This document shows, in pieces, positions 19,124-29,165 of a DNA stretch of 64,000 nucleotides. Location of the stretch: sequence record NZ_CP118102.1. One strand, 5' to 3'. The notes under the pieces were generated by a model, which saw only the letters and a list, made by a program, of their open reading frames with translations, was not told the DNA's origin and searched no databases. Numbering within the stretch: the stretch's first letter is position 1; each line of letters opens with the position of its first letter. The stretch comes from a plasmid. The position numbers and the translations under genes were made by a program.

Positions 19124-20377
19124 TTATGAGACTTGATACAAGCGTTTCCGCCGATGATTATAAAATAAAAACAGACTACACAACCATAAAAGCAGAGCGG
19201 CCGCAGTGTTAATCATCGTATCTCCGAACACGGAGAGTAAGGTGAATCCCAAAAAAGGGCCTAATGCTGCTCCCACATCGACAATCATGGAGTAAAAAGA
19301 TACGACATGATGCCGATTGGAGGACGTAGAAGCGTACTGAGCAGCGTCTGCATCAGTAAGGGTTGTCACAATAGAAGAAATAAGAAGTAAGGCGATCAAA
19401 GTAAGTAACCAAGCTAATGTATTGACATTCAAGCCCAAAATGGCAAACATTATTCCTCCGGCTATAAAACTTACGGTTAACCAAACCGTCCTTGATTTGG
19501 ATTTATCGCTAAGCTTACCTGCCCAATAACCTAAGATCGGATCTGAAAACCATTTACATGCAAGCAGAATGCCGGTAATCGTAGCTGCTCCGATAGAGCT
19601 CAATAAAGCTATCTTTGAAAAGTCCTGCAGTTCAATCCAATAACTTAAAGTGGATTTCATATAACCTTGAAATAGGAGGGAAACACTGAATCCAGCAAAA
19701 AGAATGATGAGGAGTTTTGAATCTATTTTTAACATTGCTCGCTGGTCCAATTGTGTTAATTCTTTTTTTGTCATTTCATTACTGCCTGGCTTACGAATAA
19801 AGAACAATAACGGGATGGAGATCAAAGCAAATATACCAAATCCCATAAGTACAAATGAAACCCCGAAATTTTCTGACAACAGAGAGCCAAACACCATACC
19901 CACCACAGCCCCACAGCCTGAGAGCCCATTAAACAGTCCAGTAAGCTTACCCGGCTGGCTGCTTACGGTAACAGCTTCAACGATCGAAAGTTGACCGGCT
20001 TGTCGGATAAATGACCAAGCAATGCCCCAAATACATCTTAATACGAGCAAAAAGGCAAAACCTTGAAAGTATCCGTAGGAAAAAGTAGTAATTATTGTGA
20101 GTATAATTGCAATCATTAATCCACTTTTAATGGAATACCGGGTATAGAACCAGCCAATGAGCGGATGAATTGGAATGCGGATAAAACGATTAATAGATAG
20201 TAGAACCCCTACCTGCCATAAAGCAGTTAGTCCAAAATCCTTGCTATACACAGGTAATACTGCGTAAAGCATTGCATCACCAAATAAACAAATTGCTGTT
20301 ATTATTGCGATAATTCTCAGATTATTTTCAACTTGTGGTGTATTAAGTGGTTGATTCCTCTTCCTTTCAACGAGCAA
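19124..20377 (-). CDS. MFS transporter (candidate arsenical/organoarsenical efflux, ArsK/ArsJ-like by context)
   Basis: 417 aa, ~12 TM. Two MarR-type operator sites lie upstream. Confidence 0.7.
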   Translation of the reverse strand: MLVERKRNQPLNTPQVENNLRIIAIITAICLFGDAMLYAVLPVYSKDFGLTALWQVGVLLSINRFIRIPIHPLIGWFYTRYSIKSGLMIAIILTIITTFSYGYFQGFAFLLVLRCIWGIAWSFIRQAGQLSIVEAVTVSSQPGKLTGLFNGLSGCGAVVGMVFGSLLSENFGVSFVLMGFGIFALISIPLLFFIRKPGSNEMTKKELTQLDQRAMLKIDSKLLIILFAGFSVSLLFQGYMKSTLSYWIELQDFSKIALLSSIGAATITGILLACKWFSDPILGYWAGKLSDKSKSRTVWLTVSFIAGGIMFAILGLNVNTLAWLLTLIALLLISSIVTTLTDADAAQYASTSSNRHHVVSFYSMIVDVGAALGPFLGFTLLSVFGDTMINTAAALLLWLCSLFLFYNHRRKRLYQVS

Positions 20378-20447
20378 CGTTCTTCACACTCCTCTGCTTC
20401 GCTTCTCAATAAATGGTTTTATGAAACATCTTCTTTATACCCTTAAA

Positions 20448-20472
20448 ACTTGTTATTTGCAAGTAATTTTAT
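20448..20472. promoter_or_regulatory. MarR-type operator-like site 3 (upstream of the MFS operon)
   Basis: AACTTGTTATTTGCAAGTAATT with ACTTG...CAAGT arms sharing the TTGCAAGTA half-site. Confidence 0.4.
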
Positions 20473-20543
20473 ATAAAATAAAATAAAGATCTTCTATATT
20501 TTAACTGAATTTAGGGAAATAAAAATAAATATTTAGAATATAA

Positions 20544-20570
20544 TTTACTTGCATTTTACAAATATATAGT
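20544..20570. promoter_or_regulatory. MarR-type operator site 4 (upstream of the MFS operon)
   Basis: TACTTGCATTTTACAAATATAT; one mismatch from the site 1/2 core. Confidence 0.45.
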
Positions 20571-20769
20571 ATATAACTTAATCAAATAAATAGATCAGGG
20601 GGATCATTCCATCTTTAGAGAATTTTATTATTACGAACACACAATGAACCAAGAGAAAAATACAACAGAATGGCTAGATGACAGTATATTCAGAACAATA
20701 GAGACCCTCCTCTCAAGTAATGTAAAAACGACCTTCTATTAAGAAGGTCGTTCTGTATTGACGATTCGG

Positions 20770-20920
20770 CAATTTAGAATTAAACAAACCTGCCCGTTAG
20801 CTTAATAAAAATGGAGCAGATTGCCGACCGGTAATCTGCTCCATTCTATTTGAATAGCTGCAAACTTTACATTGTTTTATACAATCGGCGAGGTGCATCT
20901 CTCATCTCCTTTATGATTTT
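20770..20920. repeat. Intact copy B of the ~145-bp repeat, containing a minus-strand intrinsic terminator
   Basis: Stem atggagcagatt/aatctgctccat (12 bp) with loop gccgaccggt, followed on the minus strand by TTTTTATT. The 3' part overlaps the end of gene 20911..21570. Confidence 0.6.
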
Positions 20921-21570
20921 TCTCCACCTGACATATCTTGATCGAAGGGGATTTTAATCGTTGGAGTCTCATGAGTTTTAAGCTCTTGAGAAATGGAGTG
21001 AACATTTTGGATTAATACTGCAGCATTCTCTTTAAACTCAGTGTAATTTAAAAAAATAGTCAAAAGAACAATGATCAGTCTTACTGTTGGAAAATAGAAA
21101 TATTTAAGGAAAACTTTAAGATCCATTCCTTCAGGTGGTTTGAGATCGGATATCAATTCCTGTACTTGTTCTCTGGTTATATATTCAACTTTTGATTCTT
21201 CATCATTTTCATTTGGTATCGCAATTTTTTCTGGTATTTGTGTTTTTACAAATTTAAGGAGTTTAACATGAAAATCTATTGGGAATGTAAGTGAATTTGA
21301 GTATGTACTTGTAGAAATAATGCTGTTTATTACCTTTGCTGTATCATCTTGATCAAGATCGTAGGTAGTAGATATGGCTTTCGATGCTTTATGCACAGTG
21401 TCCACAAGTTGAGTTAAAGTTTCAGGCAGCGACTTTAGCGAGTCCGGCATTTGAGGTATCATTACATCGCTTAGTGATTTCAGTTTTTTAAGCTGTTCGT
21501 TTATATCTATTTCAGTTCCTTCCAACTCTTTAAGACTTTCCTGAATCAAAATATTTAAATCTCTACCCAT
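20911..21570 (-). CDS. Hypothetical coiled-coil protein with a C-terminal TM helix
   Basis: 219 aa with no recognisable catalytic motifs. It terminates immediately at the repeat copy B boundary. Confidence 0.45.
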   Translation of the reverse strand: MGRDLNILIQESLKELEGTEIDINEQLKKLKSLSDVMIPQMPDSLKSLPETLTQLVDTVHKASKAISTTYDLDQDDTAKVINSIISTSTYSNSLTFPIDFHVKLLKFVKTQIPEKIAIPNENDEESKVEYITREQVQELISDLKPPEGMDLKVFLKYFYFPTVRLIIVLLTIFLNYTEFKENAAVLIQNVHSISQELKTHETPTIKIPFDQDMSGGEKS

Positions 21571-21891
21571 TTTATCGCCTCCATTATTCCTTCAGTTGTT
21601 ACTATTTTGATCAAGATATTTATCCTATCATTCTAATTGATTTTAAGCGAGGGATCATTACAATGTTATCCAATGCCTATTACTCTGATCCCCTTTTAGC
21701 AAAAGTATAGAGACACATTATAAAACGTCCAAACATTAGTTCTAGTCTCTATTTCCGCATGCCCTTTAACGTTATCTAAGACTGCTCTTATCTTTCTTTG
21801 CTTCTTCTCATAATCATGCTCAGGCTGAAATCCTGCGAACTCATGAGTCTGAGTGAGGAAACTGAATCATTTCGAGGGAGTTGAATAAGAA

Positions 21892-22182
21892 TTATATCTT
21901 CATAAAGTAATCAGTAAGCTTCTCATTTTCTTTTTCACGTAATCGTTTATTTTCTTGTTCAAGTTCTTTACCAATAATCAATGAGGCTATAAGTAGAACG
22001 ACTAAAACAATTACAATAATTATAAATGCTATATCAACTTTATCCAATTTAATGACCCTCCTTTCTTCTTCAGCTGCCTTATATCTTGATTTTATTGGAA
22101 TTGTATCACAACTAGTTCTTTTATCGGCTAATTTCGTTTGATAGCACACCCATTCAGCCTTTTTGATGTATGTAAAACTCAC
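21892..22182 (-). CDS. Small membrane protein with a charged coiled-coil tail
   Basis: TM IAFIIIVIVLVVLLIASLII followed by ELEQENKRLREKENEK. Confidence 0.35.
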   Translation of the reverse strand: MSFTYIKKAEWVCYQTKLADKRTSCDTIPIKSRYKAAEEERRVIKLDKVDIAFIIIVIVLVVLLIASLIIGKELEQENKRLREKENEKLTDYFMKI

Positions 22183-22599
22183 TTTTTCTAATAACGGTAA
22201 TGAAGTTGTTCTTTCCCTTTTTCAGTTAATGTGTAAGTTATATAAAGAACAATAGCGTGAGTTCTATAGACTCACGCTATTGGTTTTATTAACGATATTT
22301 AAAACACCAGGAAACATATAGTTTAAGCAAGGCAAGTCAAGATTAGATTTAATGAATTAACAACCAGAAAGTTCAAAGCATAAGTTTGAGGATTACTCAA
22401 CATTTGATAACATCATTGTGTAAGAAGCAGGATAGATGGCGAAAATTATAGCGATACTTAAAACAAAGATCTTACCTTTAGTAGTTAGCACTTATAATAG
22501 AATCCCTTATAAACATGTTGTTAATAGAATATATAATACTTGCATAGGGTATGATCTTCAGAATAATTGAGAATTGATTTCTCACTTCGTCTTTAATAT

Positions 22600-23463
22600 T
22601 CAAAAATTTATGAACTGAACAAATACTGGATCCCTAAGTTTACCTGCCCTTGTCCAATTTCGTATTTTTACCTGGGCATTAATTATAGGTTCTAAGTACA
22701 CAAAATCTTTATTCTCTCCTGTTTTAATTTTATTATTGATTCGGTACAAATCTCGCTTATTATCAGAGTTGACACCAAAACGAATCAGTCCAGCGTACGT
22801 GACCTCACCATTTGGCTTCCTGATCCCGGCTATCCAACCAAACTCACCTTTACGATAGCCCATGATGACTACATCGATATAAGTCCAGTTAATGACCTTC
22901 AGCCAATCTGTAGAGCGGCGGCCAACATAGGTGCTGTCCAAACGTTTGCCGACCATTCCCTCCATCTGCGTAAGCTCCATCTGCTTGAACAGAGCCTCGC
23001 CAGCTCCCTGTACAAATGGAGTTTTACCCATTCTAGTGTTAGGAAATGGTATGGCCTGCAGCAGCTCCTTACGTTCTTGCAACGGAAGTTTACGTGTGTC
23101 TTGTCCGTCATAATGAAGGATATCGAATACTACATAAGTAACTGGCAGGGTCTGAGACATAAAATTAATCTTATCTTCCTTACGAGCTAGGAAACGTTTC
23201 ATAACCAGCTCAAAGTCTACACGTCCCGTTTCTGGATCCGCGACAGCTACCTCACCGTCCAGAACTATGTCTTTATCGAAGGAACTCTCCAGGAGCTCAG
23301 GATACTGTTTAAAGCATTCTGTTCGATGCCTAGTGTATAAATTGGTCCTTCCAGAAAACTGAGAATAAATAAGCCGGTGACCGTCAATCTTTGGTTCAAA
23401 TATATATTTATCGTTACTGAAAGGCTGATACGCTGTTTCAAGTAACATCGGATTTATGAACAT
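22600..23463 (-). CDS. Stand-alone ATP-dependent DNA ligase (LigD ligase-domain-like)
   Basis: Motif I FEPKIDGHR (KxDGxR) near the N-terminus. 287 aa, consistent with the adenylation + OB core only. Confidence 0.55.
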   Translation of the reverse strand: MFINPMLLETAYQPFSNDKYIFEPKIDGHRLIYSQFSGRTNLYTRHRTECFKQYPELLESSFDKDIVLDGEVAVADPETGRVDFELVMKRFLARKEDKINFMSQTLPVTYVVFDILHYDGQDTRKLPLQERKELLQAIPFPNTRMGKTPFVQGAGEALFKQMELTQMEGMVGKRLDSTYVGRRSTDWLKVINWTYIDVVIMGYRKGEFGWIAGIRKPNGEVTYAGLIRFGVNSDNKRDLYRINNKIKTGENKDFVYLEPIINAQVKIRNWTRAGKLRDPVFVQFINF

Positions 23464-23799
23464 ATTAACACCCAGTTCAATTATACAGTTCAGTTTGATT
23501 ATTAGCCTGAGGTAAGTCCTGGCATTTCACTAATGTAAAATCCGACTTAATTTTGTCTACTGTCTAAGTTGGTCGTTATTCCTCCTTTTAAAATTCAACT
23601 CCGATGCTACGCAGGTACTCAACATAACAAATCATTTGAACAATTTCACATACGCCCCTTCTTAAGCCACAAAAAAGAAAGCACCTTGAAAAATAGCAAT
23701 TCAGCCATTTAACAGTTGCTTCCTGTTTTCGCTCTATTGAATTGAAAACAATTTCTAAGCGGATATTCGTCTGGAAAAATGAAGAGTTTACTGTGCATA

Positions 23800-25400
23800 C
23801 TCCAGATTTTTTACAGCATGTTATTCTCCGTTAGCCACCCATGCCCCTTTCGGGGCACCACAGAATAATGAAAATTTTTGGGATACGTTTTATACTATTC
23901 TTACGGCTGGCGAGGGAGGTCGATAAACTATGGTGTCCTGAACCCTTCCGTTAGTCTGACCCCAGCGACCTCGGTGCACCACGGAATGTCGCTCCTTTTT
24001 AGGAAGCACGCAGGGTAGATTAACCCTTTTTGGTTGTTGCACCAGCCCCCAATTTCACTTTGCCGTAGAAAGGTGATTATCATGGATGTTCTCATTGAAC
24101 GAGCATGCGGTTTGGATGTTCACAAGAAGAACATTACTGCATGCATTATTACACCTGAAGGAAAGGAGATTAAAACCTTCCGTACTCACACAGTCTTTAT
24201 CTTGGAACTCATCGATTGGATTAAGGATCATCGCTGCACTCATGTGGCCATGGAGAGCACCGGTGTGTTTTGGAAACCCATCGTGAACCTGCTGGAAGCC
24301 GAAGATATCGAATTCCTAGTCGTCAACGCACAGCACATAAAAGCAGTTCCCGGACGGAAAACCGACGTGAAAGATGCAGAATGGATTTGCTATCTACTTC
24401 GACATGGTCTGCTAAAACCTAGCTATATTCCCGATCGCAACCAACGTGAAATGAGAGAGCTTGTTCGCTATCGCCGGAGTCTGATTCAAGAACGTTCTCG
24501 TGAACATAACCGTGTTCAAAAAGTTTTGGAAGGCGCCAATATTAAGCTCGCTTCTGTCGTATCAGACATTATGGGGCTCTCAAGCCGGGACATGCTTGAG
24601 GCCATGGTCCATGGTGAAACCGATCCGGAAACACTGGCTGGCTTTGCACGCAGATCCATGAAGAGAAAGAAAGAAGAACTCGAGCTCGCGCTGAAAGGCA
24701 ACATGAGTTCACATCAACGGATGATGTTAAAAACCATGCTTACCCATATCGACTTCCTGAACGAACAAATCATCGAGCTGGATATGGAGGTAGCCAAACG
24801 GCTCGCCCCTTTCCAAAAAGACCTGGATCGACTGGATAGCATTCCGGGAATCGCAGCCCGAACGGCAGAACAAATCCTCGCCGAGATTGGCACGGACATT
24901 GCTTCTCGTTTCCCGAGTTCAGCCCATTTATGCTCATGGGTTGGTCTTGTTCCAGGTCACAATGAAAGTGCAGGCAAACGCAAGTCCTCCAAAACACGTA
25001 AAGGCAACAAATATCTCCGATCCGCACTCATCGAAGCTTCTCATTCCATACGGGGATCTGATAATTATCTCGGTGCCCAGTACAGGCGAATTGCAGCTCG
25101 CAAAGGAAGGCACCGCGCAGCTGTTGCTGTAGCCCATTCCATCATGACCATTGCTTACCATTTACTAACCAGGCAAGAAGATTATAAAGACTTAGGCTCC
25201 GATTATTTTGAGAAACGACACCAAGATGCGATCGTCAAACAAACCGTTCGAAAGCTAGAAAACCTTGGATTTACCGTAACCCTGGCCACATCTGAAGTAT
25301 CCTAATTAACCTGCTCAAACCAAGCGACGCAGCCTTTTTAAAAATCTTGCAAGCTGCGCCTAGTTTCGTATTGTCTTTTTTAGAGTTACGCTATGAATTA
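23800..25400 (+). mobile_element. Second IS110-family element (ends approximate)
   Basis: Transposase ORF plus a ~280-bp structured 5' leader. The leader has two similar stem-loop modules (23826..23870 and 23945..23992) sharing TCCGTTAG and GCACCACrGAAT. Confidence 0.55.
24082..25305 (+). CDS. IS110-family transposase
   Basis: GLDVHKK, VAMESTG and IPGIAARTAEQILAEIG motifs. Start at the ATG with a gaaaggtg RBS. Confidence 0.9.
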   Translation: MDVLIERACGLDVHKKNITACIITPEGKEIKTFRTHTVFILELIDWIKDHRCTHVAMESTGVFWKPIVNLLEAEDIEFLVVNAQHIKAVPGRKTDVKDAEWICYLLRHGLLKPSYIPDRNQREMRELVRYRRSLIQERSREHNRVQKVLEGANIKLASVVSDIMGLSSRDMLEAMVHGETDPETLAGFARRSMKRKKEELELALKGNMSSHQRMMLKTMLTHIDFLNEQIIELDMEVAKRLAPFQKDLDRLDSIPGIAARTAEQILAEIGTDIASRFPSSAHLCSWVGLVPGHNESAGKRKSSKTRKGNKYLRSALIEASHSIRGSDNYLGAQYRRIAARKGRHRAAVAVAHSIMTIAYHLLTRQEDYKDLGSDYFEKRHQDAIVKQTVRKLENLGFTVTLATSEVS

Positions 25401-25495
25401 ATTTTCAGGGTAGTTTAAAGGGAAAGGTACAAACTTTTTGAAATTCAAAACATGGTATAAGCAAAGGGCAAGCCATCTGAACTCCAAAAGGCAAA

Positions 25496-25702
25496 TTAAA
25501 ATTCTTCATCCTTTTTCACTAAAGGCACTTCATATAATTGTCCATCCTTTTCTACTAAAGCCACTTCATGATAATTACCTCTTTCTTTAACATCATCCCA
25601 ATCCATCAAATAATCACACGGTTCACACCAAAACTCTCTAATTGGAGGTGGCTGCCATGACATTCTCCGACCACAATCAGGACAATTCACAATAATACTC
25701 AT
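25496..25702 (-). CDS. Small zinc-ribbon protein
   Basis: CPDCGRR...CEPCDY (two CxxC pairs). Confidence 0.4.
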   Translation of the reverse strand: MSIIVNCPDCGRRMSWQPPPIREFWCEPCDYLMDWDDVKERGNYHEVALVEKDGQLYEVPLVKKDEEF

Positions 25703-25947
25703 CGTCTTTTCCCCACTTGGGCTAGATGTACCAACCTAAAATACTCCGTCACGATTCCATTGACATTCTTGTCGATACTATCAATGGAATCATTTTTATT
25801 TACACTTGTAGAATCACGTTCAATACTTTTTGTTAAACCGAGTGATTCGTTTATTTCATCAGGATTCACATTTTCGAATGTATCAATAATTTCATTCCCC
25901 TTTACAGTATAAGTATACTGGATTTTTTGCCTTATCTTACAGGACAT
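25699..25947 (-). CDS. Hypothetical small protein
   Basis: 82-aa ORF, 4-nt overlap with the downstream zinc-ribbon gene. Confidence 0.3.
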   Translation of the reverse strand: MSCKIRQKIQYTYTVKGNEIIDTFENVNPDEINESLGLTKSIERDSTSVNKNDSIDSIDKNVNGIVTEYFRLVHLAQVGKRR

Positions 25948-26003
25948 TCTTGTTATCCGATTTTATTTAGAAGAGGGCGATAAACACCCTCTTCTAAATT
26001 CAA

Positions 26004-29000
26004 CTAAATTCCTGAAGTTAATGTAAAGGTGAATACAGATCGATAAGTACCAGCCATCAAACCTGTTTCCTCTCCTGGTACATACTTACTTCCAGTTCCT
26101 GACGATTCAATATTTACTTTATCCGGTATACTAAGGGTGAAGTCTAGAGGTATTTCATAATATCCCATGCCTTCAAATTCCTTGGCTGATGCCAAAACTT
26201 CGGATTGAGTTCCTGTAAATATTTTCTTTCCAACATTGGACAGCTGGGCTTCAGGTCCTGACAACGTATTACTGCCTTTAACATCTACAGATAGTGAGCT
26301 AGCTGGAATACTCACTACTAAATCCATTGTATTTAATGAGTTATCTGTTATTGGATCGGAGACAAAATCCTTTACATCGAGACTGTACTGCCATCCCTTC
26401 GCATTACCTCTGTAATCCTCGATAAGTGCCCTACTCACAGAATTAATCTGTTGGTAAGGTCTCGTGCTATCGATGATAATGGTTGAAAGATCTGCTCCTT
26501 CAAATCGAGAGTTTAATCCCCCACCATGAACCGTGAAGTCTACATCTTCGGTAGTAATGGTTTCCAGTGGTCCCCCAGGATTCGGTGTTGGATCAGGATT
26601 CGGGTCAGTCCCTTCACCGGGAACTACGATGGTAAATGGGCCTCCAGAGTAAACCACATTACCTGAATTCACTTCTCGTATTTCCACATAAATTTGATAC
26701 GTACCAGGGGCATAAGCTACCGGACCTGCATACTCAGTCCACATTTCATCTTGGCCGTCTTTGTAATATACCTCAAGATCCGGAGAAGAGATACCTGGAT
26801 CAACGGTAAGTTGTCCATCTTCTACCATAACTTTAGGGTCTACCTTTGTAGTAACAAAACTTACGATCTCACTTTCTATTCCATCAGTAGCCACCACTTT
26901 TGCTCTTACAGTGTGTACGTCATTAGATACTGTAATAACGCCTGTGGTTTTATTCCACTCACCACCCCCTACAGAATAGTAAGCGTCTCCTTCCGTTGGA
27001 TCAAACTGAACCTCAAGATCTAATCCATACTGAGTGTTTAATCCTTTCTGTACGACTACCGGTTTGTTAACTATTACAGGTTCACTTGGGCTTTCTGCTG
27101 TGAGATTAAACGATTTACTAATCAATACTTCATCTCTTGAATTCAACATTCTTACTTCAACCGTATGATCTCCCGGTTGCAGTAACAGGTTGTTATCTAC
27201 ATTGAATTCTTGCCAATCTCCACCATCTACCTTCACCTGTACTTTGGTACTTCCTGTAGCCGAAGCACGTACTTTGAATTCATCCTTCGAGAGTTTTTCC
27301 ACCGTAGGATGACCTTCTGTGATTACGATTGGATTACTCGTGATTGTGAGCTCTCCAACTTCGCTGATATTGCCGTTACTGTCTGCAGATCTTGCTTCGA
27401 TGGTTACATTACCAGAGTCAGTAATGACGATCTCACCATTGTAATCCAGCCATCCCCCACCATTGATTTGATATTGTTTTGTTGCAATATCTCCTGTAGT
27501 ACCAAAATTGATTGACACTACGGACTGATCAAACTTGTCTTGCGAAGCAATCGATAGTATAGGTTTATCAGGAGCAGTTTCTGGTACAACATAATCGGCT
27601 GGGTAAACCACCGGAGCATTACTCACCACTTGCCAGTTACCCCATTGGTCAAAAAAGCCTAAGATACCATCTTCGTCTATAGCATACACATGAGTCTGCA
27701 TGGATATTTCAGGTCTCAAACTAAAGAGCGAAAGATACTTTTTTGGTAGGACGGTTATAACACCGTCACCTTCCCACTTGAGAACTGTGTTGTCATCCTT
27801 CAAGGCGAACATACGTGGAATTGTCAGCATTCCATTTGTTCCATTTCCTTGTATTGCAAAGTCTTTAATATTTTCAATTTCATTGCCAGGACCAGTTAGA
27901 CGAACAGGAGAAGTAATGTTCCGATCCTTTGTACCAAACATTCCATCACTGTTAGTGCCCCAACCGTACAAATAACCGTTAGGCTTCGCGAATATTACGG
28001 TACCAGCGCGAGTTCCCCACACCTTTGATACTCCTGTAGCTATTTGTGTTCTTGTTGAAGAGAAACTGGCTTCTGAAGCATTCCAACTATTGATAGGAGT
28101 ACCCCAGTATTCAAGGTTACCATTATCAAGATTAAGGTACCCGGTTGAGATGTTCTTACTAGTTGAGTTAGTCTTCTCCCCCGCAGACGCCATCTTTCTA
28201 AGGTTCTCTACTTTCACATCTGCTGGGAAAGGATACAGTGTGTTACTGTATTTTGATTCGCCCACACCATATAAGCTTTCTCTAGAATCATATGCCAAGA
28301 AATTAGTCAGTGAGAAAGACTGACCTTTCACTGTAAACACACGTCTAGATGCTTCAAGACTGGTTGTTGTACCAGGGTTGTTATAATCATGAATATAATT
28401 GAAGCCTTCTACAGCTTTCATCTCAAACTCAGAAGCGTCAGTGAAAGCAGGGAAGCGATCGGTTATGTCTACGGGTTTTGCATTGGTACGAGAGTTTTGA
28501 TTAAATCCTGCACCTACAAGATAGACTTTATTATTCGTAACGAGCAAAACACTATCTACTGCTAAGCTATAGATCTTCTGCACTCCTTGTAAAGGGTCGC
28601 CAGTAACTGGATCAACAACTTCTGTAGGCACAGTTTTGTCTACTTTACTACCAATACCCAACTGCCCCTCTGTTCCTCTACCCCAGGCCATAACTGTCGT
28701 GTCTTCCATCACAGCAAAGTAGCTCAAAAATTTACTCCATTTTCCAGCCTGGTTAATAACCTCGAAATCCTTCACTCCATCCAGCATTTTAACTGCTGGG
28801 GTTCCTTGGTAGAGTTCTCCGGATTGTGTAATATAAACACTATTACCTCCGGTATAACTTCTCACTTTCTTCATGCCACTATCAAACCCAGTAACTTCAT
28901 ACGGTGAATTCATATTTAGGTGAAGACTTTTACCATCATCTAGCTTAAATTCATAACCCACAGTAGGCCTGCTAGAGTAATCTGAAACGTAGGGCTCTAC

Positions 29001-29162
29001 ACTAAGAATCTTTGAGTATTCCGCAGCCTGAGCTTTAGGTTCCAGTTCTGCAAACGAGTAGGTACCAACCAATAGTGCAACCACCAACGTTCCGATAAGA
29101 CTCCTCTTCCATCCAATCCGGATCTTATTCTTTTTCTGATTAATTTCCAAGTCACTCACCAC
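26004..29162 (-). CDS. Giant WxL-domain cell-surface protein with RCC1-like beta-propeller repeats and Ig-like domains
   Basis: Signal/anchor at the N-terminus. RCC1-like repeats (WGRGTEGQLGIGSK; YLYGWGTNSDGMFG). The C-terminal WxL module (GWQYSL...TYRSVFTFTLTSGI) is shared with the adjacent small WxL protein. Confidence 0.65.
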   Translation of the reverse strand: MVSDLEINQKKNKIRIGWKRSLIGTLVVALLVGTYSFAELEPKAQAAEYSKILSVEPYVSDYSSRPTVGYEFKLDDGKSLHLNMNSPYEVTGFDSGMKKVRSYTGGNSVYITQSGELYQGTPAVKMLDGVKDFEVINQAGKWSKFLSYFAVMEDTTVMAWGRGTEGQLGIGSKVDKTVPTEVVDPVTGDPLQGVQKIYSLAVDSVLLVTNNKVYLVGAGFNQNSRTNAKPVDITDRFPAFTDASEFEMKAVEGFNYIHDYNNPGTTTSLEASRRVFTVKGQSFSLTNFLAYDSRESLYGVGESKYSNTLYPFPADVKVENLRKMASAGEKTNSTSKNISTGYLNLDNGNLEYWGTPINSWNASEASFSSTRTQIATGVSKVWGTRAGTVIFAKPNGYLYGWGTNSDGMFGTKDRNITSPVRLTGPGNEIENIKDFAIQGNGTNGMLTIPRMFALKDDNTVLKWEGDGVITVLPKKYLSLFSLRPEISMQTHVYAIDEDGILGFFDQWGNWQVVSNAPVVYPADYVVPETAPDKPILSIASQDKFDQSVVSINFGTTGDIATKQYQINGGGWLDYNGEIVITDSGNVTIEARSADSNGNISEVGELTITSNPIVITEGHPTVEKLSKDEFKVRASATGSTKVQVKVDGGDWQEFNVDNNLLLQPGDHTVEVRMLNSRDEVLISKSFNLTAESPSEPVIVNKPVVVQKGLNTQYGLDLEVQFDPTEGDAYYSVGGGEWNKTTGVITVSNDVHTVRAKVVATDGIESEIVSFVTTKVDPKVMVEDGQLTVDPGISSPDLEVYYKDGQDEMWTEYAGPVAYAPGTYQIYVEIREVNSGNVVYSGGPFTIVVPGEGTDPNPDPTPNPGGPLETITTEDVDFTVHGGGLNSRFEGADLSTIIIDSTRPYQQINSVSRALIEDYRGNAKGWQYSLDVKDFVSDPITDNSLNTMDLVVSIPASSLSVDVKGSNTLSGPEAQLSNVGKKIFTGTQSEVLASAKEFEGMGYYEIPLDFTLSIPDKVNIESSGTGSKYVPGEETGLMAGTYRSVFTFTLTSGI

Positions 29163-29165
29163 CCC

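Noticed and set aside
20644-20742. 32-aa ORF (MNQEKNTTEWLDDSIFRTIETLLSSNVKTTFY) followed by a hairpin
   Set aside because: No convincing RBS. The hairpin is better read as a minus-strand terminator insulating the MFS operon.
24516-25161. Multiple short ORFs on both strands inside the second IS110 transposase gene
   Set aside because: Overlapping or antisense frames of a well-supported transposase CDS.
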